Shown: positions 1-12,800 of the stretch, in pieces
Numbering within the stretch: the stretch's first letter is position 1
How the letters are laid out: each line of letters starts with the position of its first letter
Assembly: GCF_000002075.1 (NCBI RefSeq)
Contig: NW_004797827.1
Coordinates: forward strand, 352,964-416,963
Direction of reading: 5' to 3'
DNA from: Aplysia californica
Lineage: Eukaryota
Length of the DNA: 64,000 bases
Notes under the pieces: model-generated
What the model was told of the DNA's origin: nothing
The model's input: only the letters and a program-made list of their open reading frames with translations
Database searches by the model: none
Position numbers and translations under genes: made by a program

Positions 1-216
1 TGTGTGTGTGTGTGTGTGTGTGTGAGTCACACAGCTGGAACGCGTGGGAAGCTAGAGCTAGGGTTTCTCAGATACATGTCGTATATGATATGGAATGAAA
101 GCCTAGATGGGGAACCAAACCGCTAGATCGTTTTCTGCAAGGAGTAGAGATAACTGAAGTGTATTCAGGTGTGTCATCGTTAACCAACACAAGCCCGAAG
201 ACATGAGATTGAGAAC

Positions 217-390
217 TTAGTTTTAGTAAGAGTTTTACGGCACTTGCAACACAATAAGGTAATATAAGTGCCGAAGGTTAGAGGTGTTACATGAGAGTAA
301 CAAACACAAAAAAGGAGGAAGGGAGATAGAGACGATAGATTTTTTATAGGAAAGAAGGAGCAAACCACACCAGAGCCCCCCGCCAACCAT
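217..390 (-). mobile_element. ~180-bp short retroposon, family A
   Basis: Matches in-window consensus GGTGGTTGGCGGGTGCTCTGGTGTGG...GGCACTTATATGACCTTATTGTGTTGCAAGTGCCGTAAAACTCTTACTAAAAC. Confidence 0.85.
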
Positions 391-779
391 CTATTGAGAC
401 ATAAGAACAAATAAAATCGGGAAGACCAAGTGTACTATTATATTTTGATATGACTAAACGCTGTACTCGTAATAAAACTCGTGATTACAACAAACTTGAC
501 AATTTCACTCGTAGGATATTTATCAGTCATGATCTTCCACCATAACGAGTGTAATAAATTCTTATTTTATACCATTCATTCATTGTAGGATTGTTTTAGC
601 ATTGCACTTCCGATAGGCTTACGGCATCCTTATATTTCACATGTGAAATAATATAAAAACCTGACTGATATGTCACGCATGAAAAATCAGCCGTGATTTG
701 TGTAAACTATAGTGTCCATGAGAAAGTAGGCCTACGACTTATTTTCACAAATTAAAACGGGAAGACCAATAATTATTAA

Positions 780-1120
780 TGGTGGTTAGGCTACCGGACT
801 CGTAATCATGAGGTTGCGGGTTCGGGGGTTCGAGCCGCGGGCCCGACGTTGTGTCCTTGGGAAAGACACTTTCACGAATTTCCTCACTTCACCCTGATGG
901 GAATGGGTACCCAGCTATAGACAGTGAAAGAAGATCTTGTCAGGTTGTTAGTGTTTGAGCGCTTAACCAGCTGCTTGCACTGCATGCTTCCCGGGAAGCT
1001 GAGAAGAATATTTCTGAGTGTTCTATGGTCTGCTGGGGTAATAATATAGTGTAAAGCGCATAGAGCTTGCTTTCGAGTGGGGACATAAGCTATACAAATG
1101 CTATTTATTATTATTATTAC
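780..1120 (+). mobile_element. tRNA-derived SINE with L2-like tail
   Basis: A/B-box-like head (ggttcgagcc), gttgtgtccttggg core, 3' gtaaagcgc...(tat)n; second copy on minus strand at 63370-63562. Confidence 0.7.
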
Positions 1121-1145
1121 TATTTTGAAACTTCTAAACGCTGTA

Positions 1146-1330
1146 CTATCCCTGTGGTTTTATGCATCCCGCAAAATAGCAAAATTTGATCGTTGTTTTT
1201 TTTTTTCATAATTTCTTATTATTTTCCTTTATCATTCTTTGTTAAAATTAACAGAATCGCATAATTTCACATTTTGGGGGCTCAGTTTGCATAATTTCAG
1301 AATTTTGCTTCCATAAAGCGACGGGGACAG
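1146..1330. mobile_element. ~185-bp MITE with CTGTCCCCG termini
   Basis: Terminal inverted repeats (TIRs); other copies at 46352-46525, 48241-48412, 61227-61403 and a split copy at 20223/23583. Confidence 0.75.
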
Positions 1331-1394
1331 GCTGTACTATCTCCCCTACACCAGGACGGATTTGATACATTAATGACTCGTACTGATTCATTTA

Positions 1395-1660
1395 GAAGTG
1401 GAAATAGGACTAAGAAAGTGGCGATGGATGGGACGCACCAGCGGAAACATCACAAGACAGTCACTGCAATGGAACCCACAGGGAGCACGAGGCAGGGGTA
1501 GACCACGGGAAACATGGAGGAGATGTGTGGAAAGGGACATGAGAGAGATGAAGCTCACTTGGAACGAGCAAGGAAGGATGGCCCAGGACAGAGATAAATG
1601 GAAGGAGCTTGTTGTAGTATGTGGCCTCCTATACCCTGCCAGGGGTGAAAGGCATTGACG
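1395..1660 (+). mobile_element. RTE-clade LINE 3' fragment
   Basis: KWRWMG...LQWNPQGARGRGRPRETWRR motif of the RTE ORF C-terminus. Confidence 0.8.
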
Positions 1661-2750
1661 ATGAATGACTCATGTGCAGTTTCCCAGCTGTCCAGAATTT
1701 ACCGGGATTATCCTGGCATTGACAGTAGGGAATTTGAGAGGACCTATCTTTAGCTTTCCTAACCTTAAGTGTCCTAAGTGAAGTCTTCCCCAATTATTAC
1801 TTTCTATGGTCCTGCCTTTTTTTTTCTCAATAGAACAGTTTAAAATGAGTCATGGTGTTGTTTTCTAAATACAGTAACTTTAATATTTCAGCGCAGATTT
1901 CTTCCAAATTTTCACACAAGATAGATAAATGGACTGTCTTCGAAGACATGCACTAATGAGTAAAAAGAGTAGGTCAAAGTGACCTTGAGAGTGAGCACTG
2001 TTGACCTAATAACGAAATTTACATTACTCACTCACGTTGTTCATGATGAGCAGGGTCAAAATTGTCACATTGTTGAACTGTGGTAAGCCTTTGGGAATGG
2101 CCTCATAAAGACACTTCAGTCAGTAGCACCGCCCCGGGGGGGGTGCTCCATACACAGACCGGAATCCAAAAAGATAAAATTTAATAGAATAGCCTACATG
2201 TTCCAAAAACTATCAGAGAAGCAGAAAATTTAGAAATTTTAAAGAGAAGAAACTTAAAGCATTTCTATTTTCATCATATTTCGATTAGACAGAATCCATC
2301 CAAGCTGTAGATCGTTGTGAGTTTGTATGTGCGTATGTGCATATGTACGTATGTGTGTATGTATGTTTGTGTGGTGCGTGCGTGAGTGAATATGTGTTTG
2401 CACGAGTATGTAACACTATGTACCTTTAAAATTGATTTGTAAATCCATAATATGTATCATGTTAAGTGCATAGAGCATTGCATAAGTGGATATGCGCTAT
2501 ATAAATGCAATCCATTATTATTATTATTACAAGTTGTTGCTTAGCTTTTCATATTTCAGATATAAAGTAAAGAAAACAGAATTAAGGAAAATCTGTATGA
2601 ACAGCTAAGTTCTGTCTCAAAACAGCGAGCCTTCAAGCAATGTCGAATGACAAGAAGGAAGCGCCGTGTCTTCAATGAGATAACCATTACACCAGACACC
2701 AGTCAGAACTTCCATCATTGCCTCAGTGCAACAAGCCAAAAGATGTTTCA

Positions 2751-2925
2751 TGTTTTAGTAAGAGTTTTACGGCACTTGCAACACAATAAGGCCATATAAG
2801 TGCCGAAGAATAGAGGTGTTATAAGAGAGTAACTTACACAATAAAAGAAGGAGAAGAGGGAAGTACGATAGATGTTCGATAGGAACGAAAGACCAAACCA
2901 CATGAGAGCACCCGCAAACCCCCCA
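2751..2925 (-). mobile_element. Family A short retroposon
   Basis: Match to family A consensus. Confidence 0.8.
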
Positions 2926-4069
2926 CATGTCAAAAGAGAAGAGAGAGAAAAAAACCCAAAGAAACACTCAAATCAAATTCCCAATATATATATAACAACA
3001 AAGCAAAATAAAATCCAGACAATGGCAGTTGTATTTTCATTTTTCTTCTTGTTACAGTGAAACAATTAAAAAAAAAAAAAGGTTGCATCATCTGAAATGA
3101 CGAATGAAAAGAAAACATGTACATTATTTCTTCTTATTCTCCCACACAAATAGATAGCATGCACCCTGGACGAACATCCTCCAACTATGAATGAACATTC
3201 TTTCTCCACCATCCAACAACTATGATTACATTCAAACAAATACATAGTATTCAATTTCATTATGGCAAAAAAAAAAATACCAAAAAGTTCTCAATGTCCA
3301 ATGAACACTACACATGTACAACCTCTCGCCTCTCTCAGCTGACACACTTTCTCAGAGAAACAATGCGGGGAAATCATAACACAGTCGTTCCTCCATTACA
3401 TCATGCAGCACAAGTGCAAGGAAGTGAAAACAGACCAAAAAAATACAATACATACTTCTTCGCCTCACAACTCTCCCCTTCCACAGCTCAGAATATCCTC
3501 GCCGTCTCTCAACATTGTCGCAGGTCCAAATTTTAAAAATAAAATAAAAACCAAGTAGGCCTATAATATTGTTGTAGAGTTGGATGGGGTGCACCGATTG
3601 GTCCTTGTCTCGTTCCTCTTCTTAAAATCGTAAACATATTGACAAGAATTAACCAATCATCAGCCTCCAGAGCTCATAATTATAAACACCAAGTATTCAG
3701 GCTACAAAGTAGGCCATGCAAAAGATGAATTGGGGAGTCAACAAGGGAACCCTCAAAAACTATCTCAATAATTGAAAGATCTGGCCTACCATAGAAAACC
3801 GCATCTCCTCTTAAAACTTTACAGCAACAGAAAATGAAAAAGTAAAAAAAAGAAGAAGAAGAAATTAGATAATGTCCTACAGGAAATAAAATCGCTTTTT
3901 TTGCTTCTCCTGAAAACCTGACCATTTCGACATACGACAACGATGAACGACGGCGACAATATACGATTATATCACAGAGCTTCCTGCTGTACAGGCTAGG
4001 ACAAAAATTATATAAAGATTTACAGCTATGGCTATTACAACTATTATAAGTGTCAAAATCCTGTTTAAA

Positions 4070-4310
4070 CCCTATTCGTACGCCCTGGGGTCATTTTGTA
4101 CCTCTGTGGTTGTATTCTTCACATTTTAGAATACTTCTAGTAAGAAGATCTCTTTGAAACTTTCAGTATTTCTCAAAAATATCATTTTGATAGACTGCTA
4201 TACAAAGCGTACGGAACAGATTAACGAGTAAATATCCTCTATGGAGAATGGTGGCACAGAGTTCGCCACGTTGTATGGATACGACAGTAAAACACGACGT
4301 ACAGATAGGG
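4070..4310. mobile_element. piggyBac-like MITE
   Basis: CCCTATTCGTACG...CGTACAGATAGGG imperfect TIR next to TTAA. Confidence 0.5.
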
Positions 4311-7300
4311 TTAAACACAGGCAAATCATTTAATCCTTTGAGCGCCCAATCCCTTGAGCCTCACAGGTTCCGTCGCGCACCTCAGTGCCTAAGTTCTCTC
4401 GGGTCAATTGTCAGATTTACACCGCCACCACCCCCAGGCTTGAGTCGAGGCTTCGGAGAACAGATGGGGGAAAGTTTAGAGAGTACGCTAGGCGTGCACT
4501 TGGATCAGTGGGGGTCACAGGACAGATCTTTGATCTATACAAAATGGCCGTCTCCAGTGAAATTGAAACACAAAATGATGGTAAAAAAAACAAATGACCT
4601 GCCACTTTTGAGGAAAGTTCATAGTTCATTGAACCAAAATAAAATTTCATTTTAAAAACATCCACGCAGAAATATATGGCCAAAAAAAAAAAAAAAAAAG
4701 ACACAGAAGCAAGAAAAAAAAGAACTATACCGACTTAACAAAAATGGACGCAAATATGCCAGAAGCAAAGCTCCCAAACTAAGACCAAACTGTATTTACA
4801 TCAACTGGTCAACTACCCATTGCACAACACAGCTCTGAGGCAGTAGTTAGTCAAACATTTCACTCCATTCATCTCCATCACTGGATGTGGAAAAAATACA
4901 CTATCTACTCCAGCAGATGCAAAACAACACCTGGTGTCTAGATCAGTTACAGTTTTCATAAGAGTTCTACAACAGCACTTGCAACACAACTGGGTTAGTT
5001 TAGTCAATTGTAACTGTGAGCTCACTTTCCGTAACGACAAAGCCGTGTAGAGCTAAGTGTAAGCCTGAGTGTAAAGGATTATGCTTCTATCCATCTGCCA
5101 AATTCAGTTTTTGTTCTTTGGAAAGCCCTCTCTATGCATTTTAATTGTACAAAGAGCAGAGAACATTGACATAATACAGGTCATTTAGTGCCAGAAAAGA
5201 GAATGACAGAAAGACACCAAAAAAAAATTTAAGAATAACCCCCCCCCCTCCTCCTCCCCCCAAAAAAAATGAAAGAGTAAGCAAGTCAGACATGCCTGTA
5301 GAAAGAGTGCAGGCGGAGACACCAAACAAGTAAGCTCAACCAGATAAGGACAAAATGAAAGTGACAGAAGGGCCGTAGACGAGAATATTTCAGACAAAAA
5401 GGGCAGGCCAAAACCACTGTTGTAACTCAGCCAATGATAAATTTTGGCAACCCTGAGCAAGATGGGATGTGAAACGATAGAACATGAGTGAATGAAAAGT
5501 ATGTGGATATTTTCTTTCGAGTCTCTGGTTTATAATAAATCAACGCAATTGTCACAATCCACTGGTGGGTAGGTTTGCGGGTGGAAACAGTACAACACCC
5601 GTTGAGGTCAAGCACTTTCCTGAATTAAAAAATAAAAAAGAAAGCTATTTCTGATTCCGATTGTCGCAAATGAATATGTCGAAACCTACTTTAAAATTAT
5701 ACAACATCTGCATTAAGAGATTATTTCAGCGAAAAAACAAAAGCAGACTATGATTAAGCTATTATGTAACATCTAAAGTTAAAAGGTGGTAAAGAGCAAA
5801 TCACAACAACAAAAAGCAGCCATCGACAGTGACTGAAAAGAGTTCAACATGCCCGATAAAAGACAACAAACTAAAACCACGCCACAGACAGGGAGTTGGA
5901 AAAAGTTTTGAGTTCAAGAAAAGAAAAAGCACAAGATCACAATAACAATCATTTACTGCACAAATAAAAAAGCAAATGCAGACAGATACATGAGAGATAG
6001 AGAGAGAGAGAGAGAGAGAAAAAAAGAAAAAAAAAGAAGGAGCTACCAGCAGCATCCTCAAATAACCTGATCACTGAAAAGAGACCGAATGAGTGAGACA
6101 AATCAAGACACATGCTGAAGACACTCAAAAGTACTCTATAAAATATCCGGGCTTCCCAACAATTTTGCTTGAGAAAATCAAACCAGAAACAATCCCCAAA
6201 GAAACGAGCAGGTCAACCACGAAGTAAACTCTAGCTCTAAGCCAAGCCATCTCTCGTGATGAGGAAATAAAGCCTTGAGTTGTGAAAGACAAAACCGACA
6301 GGAGACCGGCACTGCCCGAAACTTCCGACATGCTGGAAAGCACCGAGCGAGAGGCAGACTCTTGTGTCACAGATATACACCATGCAGCGGCGGCGGCAAA
6401 GTATTTCAACTGTCATCCAGAAACGTATTTATTATATCACATTCTATCTACTCTGTGAAGTGCAGCCAGTTTGTGAGTGTTGTTACATGATATTCCGTGC
6501 AGAACACGAGAAAAAACTCAAGTGATAGTGGCAGGTTCATATTATAAGAGCTCAATACTGCAGCAGAAACATTCTTCCACCACTGTCATCCCGTGCTTGG
6601 CAAAAAGCATCCCTTAAAATCTCAATAAAAAGACGTCACTTGAGGCTACCGGTACACTCCTACTTCTGGCACAACACTTTGAAGCTACAAGTGAACGTGT
6701 CAATCGGATTATATAAGCCTGTGTGCCTTCAACAACAGGCAGGTCGAGCATCCATTTTATCACCGTCGGGAAATACTTCCCACCAAACACCACTGTTCAT
6801 GATATCTAAAAAAAAAAAAAGCATTTATCGTCATCATAAACTTCCGTAATGTACAGCACATACAAAGAAATAGGTTAAGATCACCAATCTACTGCAGTGA
6901 CAGAAATGTATACGTTGGTAAAACAACACCAGCATCACAATGATGAATGAGAGCCCACCAGTCAGTCGCCTCCTACATTTACATCACACACAACATGAAC
7001 ACACACACACACAAACAGTCAGTGCTACTGTCAGTCTACCATAGGGTGTGTGAGCTTCAAATGGAAGTAAGAAAAACAACAAGAGGACAAGATGAGACCA
7101 CTGCAGCTTCTCCCATCATCCAAAACGTAGGGCAGGAATGTGCGGTGCTTTCGTTCAGTCACTCCCTTACTATTACAAGTGGTTCTATCTGCTCCTGACG
7201 ATGACACTAACTTAGAGATAATCAGGGGAAAAATATTATCATACATTTACGCCATCTTATAAAATGCTACAAACACAGGCATGAGCATTATCAGACCATG

Positions 7301-8274
7301 ACCCTAATTTTATCCAATATTCCAGTGTACTGGGGCCTACATTTCTGTCCAAGAAAGTGGGAACCTTGTTGCAATCCGAACACAATCACTTTTGCTTATG
7401 AGGAAGCACAAGCAGAAATTACTAGACTGTAATAATACTACAGATTTTATACAAACTCGGAACGTAGAAATACAGTGACAGCACAACCTCTACCAGGCAT
7501 CTTCTAACCATAAATCTAGGTGCTCACGTCCCGACAGAAAAAGCCATTGGTTTGTGAGCTTGAGGCCGTAATAACAGCACACACACGGCTTATTTCCACG
7601 AGAAAAAAAACTTATGAAGAGCTCTAAAGATTAGCATGTAGAAAGATGATAACACATAGCAGAAATGATACCTTTCGAGCAGCCATAAACACACAGCCCT
7701 CGAGGGCCAGACACAACTTCCCCCATGAGACATGACTTTTCTTTTTTCTTTAGTTTTGAAACAAAAGCATCCCCCTCCTCCATCACCCATACGCATTGGG
7801 ACATTGCTTGTCAAACAAAATAGAAATCTGTGTAAAATAAACCGACTTCTTACACGAAGCCTGACAATAAATAATCCGTCATATTCTACATCATTCACAA
7901 CAGCCAGGCACAAAGATGAAAGAAAATAAATGAAAGGCCCATCACAAGCAATCAAAACCTCTCTTTAAATACATATATCGTTGCTGTCGCACGCTATCCA
8001 CCCAAGTCAAAATTTTGAGAATTTTTTATTTTTACACCCTCCCAAAGCTCCATCAATACATTGGAACATCACCAAAATAGCAATTTAATGCTACGGTCAA
8101 GGATCACAATTTTCTTGCTTTTTAAGAATCCTGAGAGGAACAGCACAAAAACTAGCTGTCTCTGAAGAAGAAAAAAACTACCCAAATGGACTAATGTGGA
8201 TTTCTTGCGACACAGACGTTAAACACCTGTTCTTTACTGATCATCCCAACGTTTCATTCCTAAAATGACAAATG

Positions 8275-8520
8275 GTCGCTTTTAAGGACAAGCGGGCTAA
8301 CCTAGATTTCGGGGGGTTTCCAGAAATCTTGACCTACACCAAAAGTGGACATTGCTCTACCTATAGGAGAAGTTTGGTTTCACTGGTGTGTACAATTGTT
8401 TGGTTATAGAGAAAACTCTCCTTGTCTTTTAAAAAAACTGAACAAGGGGCAAAAACTTTACCTTCGATTTTCTCAAAACAGTATTTTTCGGGATAGCCCC
8501 CCTTGTGCTTAAAAGGCGAC
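8275..8520. mobile_element. ~245-bp MITE (second copy 14008-14253)
   Basis: GTCGCTTTTAAG...CTTAAAA(G)GCGAC TIR; two highly similar copies in window. Confidence 0.75.
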
Positions 8521-9738
8521 TAAATAGTCATCAAGATTCCTGGTTTTATGCTGCAATCAAAGCACACAAAAATTGAAGTCAGAAAGTGCTTCTCCACAAA
8601 ACAGTGGTATATAAATCGAGACAGGTTCTGCATAAAAAGAGGTTTTCATTGCTCGTTGATATAATGACGCCTGTATATCTGTATATTCAACACTTTCACG
8701 CGTAAACACCCACACAAATTTCACTCGCTCAATAGTTACATAAAATTTACAATACAGGTATATATATAATATTCTCAAACTTTTTTTCCCTCTGTGCTCT
8801 CAAGCAATTCACACTGTCACCAGCTACACATCGACACTTCACCTCTGTTGACAGCTAGTCTCTCCACAAACATTCATACACACACACACTCACACTCAAA
8901 TATCCACACACACACACTATTCAACCATCCCTACGCAGACCTGCCAACCACTCTAAAACCCCCCAAAAAAGTTGTCTTCAGAATCCTCCCTAAAAATTAA
9001 ATTTGTATGTAGTAAGAAAAAAAACCCGTGTCCACAATCCCAATCGACTAACCATGCACTGTTAATGCAGCCAAATAAAAACAAGTGTATTTTCAGGCCA
9101 TTGCGACAAGTTGCTCCAATTTGATCTCTTAAAGCCATTTACAATAAACAGGGCTCCTGCCATTAACCCCCCACAAAATTCAAGTAGATTTCAAGGAGAA
9201 ATTTTTAAAATTCAAGGAAATTTGGTCAAGAGATTCATGCCGTTTTCAACAGCACGCCAAGAGCACTCCGACAAACAAAAATTTGAATGCTACTTCGAGG
9301 AGTTTTCAAGGACTCCTTGGATTCAAGGAGGCTGCAGGAACCCTGAATAAGTCAGGTAAATATCGTTAATCGACCTGAGTATTTAAAAAAAAAGATTTTA
9401 TGTAAATCCAAAGGGGTTTTTCGATGGGGTTAAAAAAAAAAATCAGAGGGTCCCAATTTCATCAGAGTACTTGGCAGGTCCGACTGTCCCTACTACACAT
9501 CAACTGGTAGAAAAAATACAAAAGCAGAGGGTGCAAAGGGAGGCTGAAACAACCACGGAGAAAATAATTCGGGAACTGGGTGGGGTGGGAGCTGTCCAGT
9601 AAAGACCATCAGTTTCTCACACACTCCACTTGAGGACAAACAGATAGTATTATTGTATTTACACAAGTATTTCTTCACACAGAACAGAGCTCGATGGAGA
9701 GGGAGGGGAAAAAAAGAAAAGAGAAAACCGGGCGCTCA

Positions 9739-9851
9739 TCATGACGTGTAGACTTTCTGCAGATTATCACACGAAGGAGTCGCCATGTCCACCGCCCGCT
9801 GATACAACTTGGCGTCCCCGTAATTCCGCGCCCTCCACATCATATTTTCCT
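9739..9851 (-). CDS. DNAJB12: DNAJB12 last coding exon
   Basis: [37 protein letters not shown] followed by TGA TGA. Confidence 0.92.
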
Positions 9852-12800
9852 CTGGTGAGAAAGAAAGTCACAAGAACATGCTGTAGATCACGGGCATGTG
9901 CAATGTTAACGTAATTATTAATATCTTCCATAGTAAAGAAGGTGCTTTCTCTGTAAAACTTGAAAAATTAAGCCAAAAAATTTTTTTTTAAATAAAATAA
10001 AGCAAACCTGACAAACGTTGAACATTTACTGTGTGAAGAAGAGTCTCAGAGCACAAATTGTGTTATCTAACATTCACTTGTTTGCAGTTGGTCAAAAAGT
10101 CTACAATTCCAGTTAAACCCTTTCAAAAGCTTTAGTATTAGCAAGAGTCATGTTTAGTTTTAGTAAGTAAGAGTTTTACGGCGCTGGCAACTGCATAAAG
10201 TCATAGGAGCGCGCTAGTAAGAGTCTAACAGCACTTGCAACACAATAAGGTCATATAAATGCCGAAGATTAGAGGTGTTACTAGCGAGTAACAAACACCA
10301 AAAAAAAATAACAGGAAAGATCAGGACAACTAATGTATGATAGGAAAGAATGAGCAAACAATACCAGAACACCGACCAACCACCCGTGCCGACTTACTGT
10401 AGTTTCGTTCCCTAAAACAGTTGTTCCGTAGCTGCCCGATATATTCCTCTTCCACAGCCCTTTCTATTCTGCGTAAATCGGATTTGAACTCCGCCCGAAA
10501 ATCGTCCTTCACGTAGTACGTCACTCGGAGGTTGGCAGTCGTCCTCTCAACTCTGTACTTCCTGCAGCCGCAAGCACAACACGAAATACATGATAGCAAC
10601 GACACTTATGCTAGACATTCAGGGCATTAAAAAAAACAAAAAGAAGAACACGAGTGTACAGCAACTTGTGCTGTGTTAATAAAAGCATATTTGTTCTTTT
10701 TTGTTTTAGTTGGCGTCTTACGGCACTTGCAACACAATAAGGTCATATAAGTGCCGAAGATTAGGTGTTAGAAGAGAGAAACAAACCAAAAAAGAAGGAG
10801 GAGAGATAAGGACGACAGATGTTTGATAAGAAAGAAGGAGCAAACTGCATCACAGCATCCCAGAACCTCCCACTCATAAATGATGTATAAAACAACTTTT
10901 GCTGTAATTTCTCCGGTAAATTAAATATCTTTCAGCTGGATTCAAAAGGTATAATTGAATAGACGATAAGAACGAAATAAAAATTAAATAAATGAAAGTA
11001 AACACAAAACGCACAAAACTACTGGATTAAAAGGGCAGGTCAACCCTCTGTGAATCCTAACACTGATTCTCTTCAAACTGTTCACTTTTTCTGTCCAACA
11101 TTGCACCAACACATAGAGTGGCCCTGTTGAATGTGCAGGCTCAGGGAATCAATCATGTTGGTTACAAATTAAACAAATAGAAGTAATATGAACAAAGTTA
11201 TATGTGAGGCATCTTGGTGAAATCAGGCGCTCGTCAAAATAATTAAATCCAAGAAATCAGCATTTTTCGGCCAGTTTGGGATTTTTTCCCGAATTTTAGT
11301 TTTTTTTAGCTCAACACCTTGTATGTCCATTCAAAACACTTTTATGTGTGGATTGTACTGAAATACAATAATCAAAGGAACAAAAAAAATGTAACTTGGC
11401 AGTTTCTAAGGGCTCTTAAGCTATGGAAATCGTCAAACTTTGGCGGCCATTTTTTAGCTAATTTTACTTCTCAAACCAGGTGACCCCACCCCTCTCAATC
11501 ACAAATATCTCGACCTCTATTCAAGATAATGGATTTTTTTTTTCTCATCAAAAGCAAGGCAAATGAACAACCTTTAAGATGATACCAATAGCTCCATAGC
11601 CCCAAAAATTGACGAGCGCCTGATTCCACTGCGTCATGAGACATATAATTGCTGAAGATAAGTGTTACTATGGAGTAACATACAAAGAAAAGAAGGAGGA
11701 GAGATGTTATCAATCTAGGAGGAGGAGGAGGAGGAGAGATAAGGATGATAGATAGATGAGTGATAGAAAAAGAGGATCAAACTGCACCAGAGCACCCGCC
11801 GACCACCTAACAAAGAGTACACTCACTCTGTTCTCTGGAGATTGAAGACGGCGTCGCTCACCAAGAAGCTACTCAACATAGACAAGACAACAAGGAGAAG
11901 AATGGGAGCCAACTGGAAAAACAAGGTGAGGCCACTCTGAAAAGAAAATTTTCAAAAGAAATAAATCAACGGCTGCAGTAATTAACAAAAAGCAATTTGT
12001 TCTAAACACTTTGTTCAAAATCCAAAAGCCCTGGTTTTTTAACTGACTTTTCCTCAGTAACAGTTTTACGGCACTTGCAACACAATAAAGTCATGTGAGC
12101 GCCAGAAGATTAGAGGAGTCACAAGAGAGTAACAAACATAAAAAAGAAGAAGGGGAGATAAGGACGATAGATGTTTGAGCGAGCAAACCACACCAGAGCA
12201 CCCGCCAACCTCCCATAGTAAGACTTTTACAACTCTCACAACACAATAAGGTCATATTTATAAATGCCGAAGATTAGAAGTGTAACAAGAGAATAACATA
12301 AACAAAAAAGGAGGAGGAGAGATAAGGGCAATAGATGTTTGACAGGAAAGAAGGAGCAAACCAAACCAGAGCACCCGCCAACCAACCACTAATTAAGAGT
12401 TTTACAGCTCTTGCAACACAATAAGGTCACATAAGCGTAAAAAATTAGAAGTGTTACAAGAGAGTAGCAAACACACAAAAAAAAAGAAGGAGGAAAAGAT
12501 AAGGATGATGGATGTTTGATAGGAAAGAAGGAGCAAACCACATCAGAGCACCGGCCAACCGCCCATTTTCCTGAATTGTAAAGTGACCTAATTTACAGTG
12601 CAAAATAGAAAGACAATTTCCAAATGAACTTTTAGAATGAGACTAAACATCAATGCCTGAGGTATTTTTTAAGTTTTAGTAAAAGTTTTACTGCACTTGC
12701 AACACAATAAGGTCATATAAGTGCCGAAGATTTTAGAGGTGTTACAAGAGAGTAACAAAAATTTAAAAAGAAGGAGGGGAGATGGAGACAATAGATTTTT

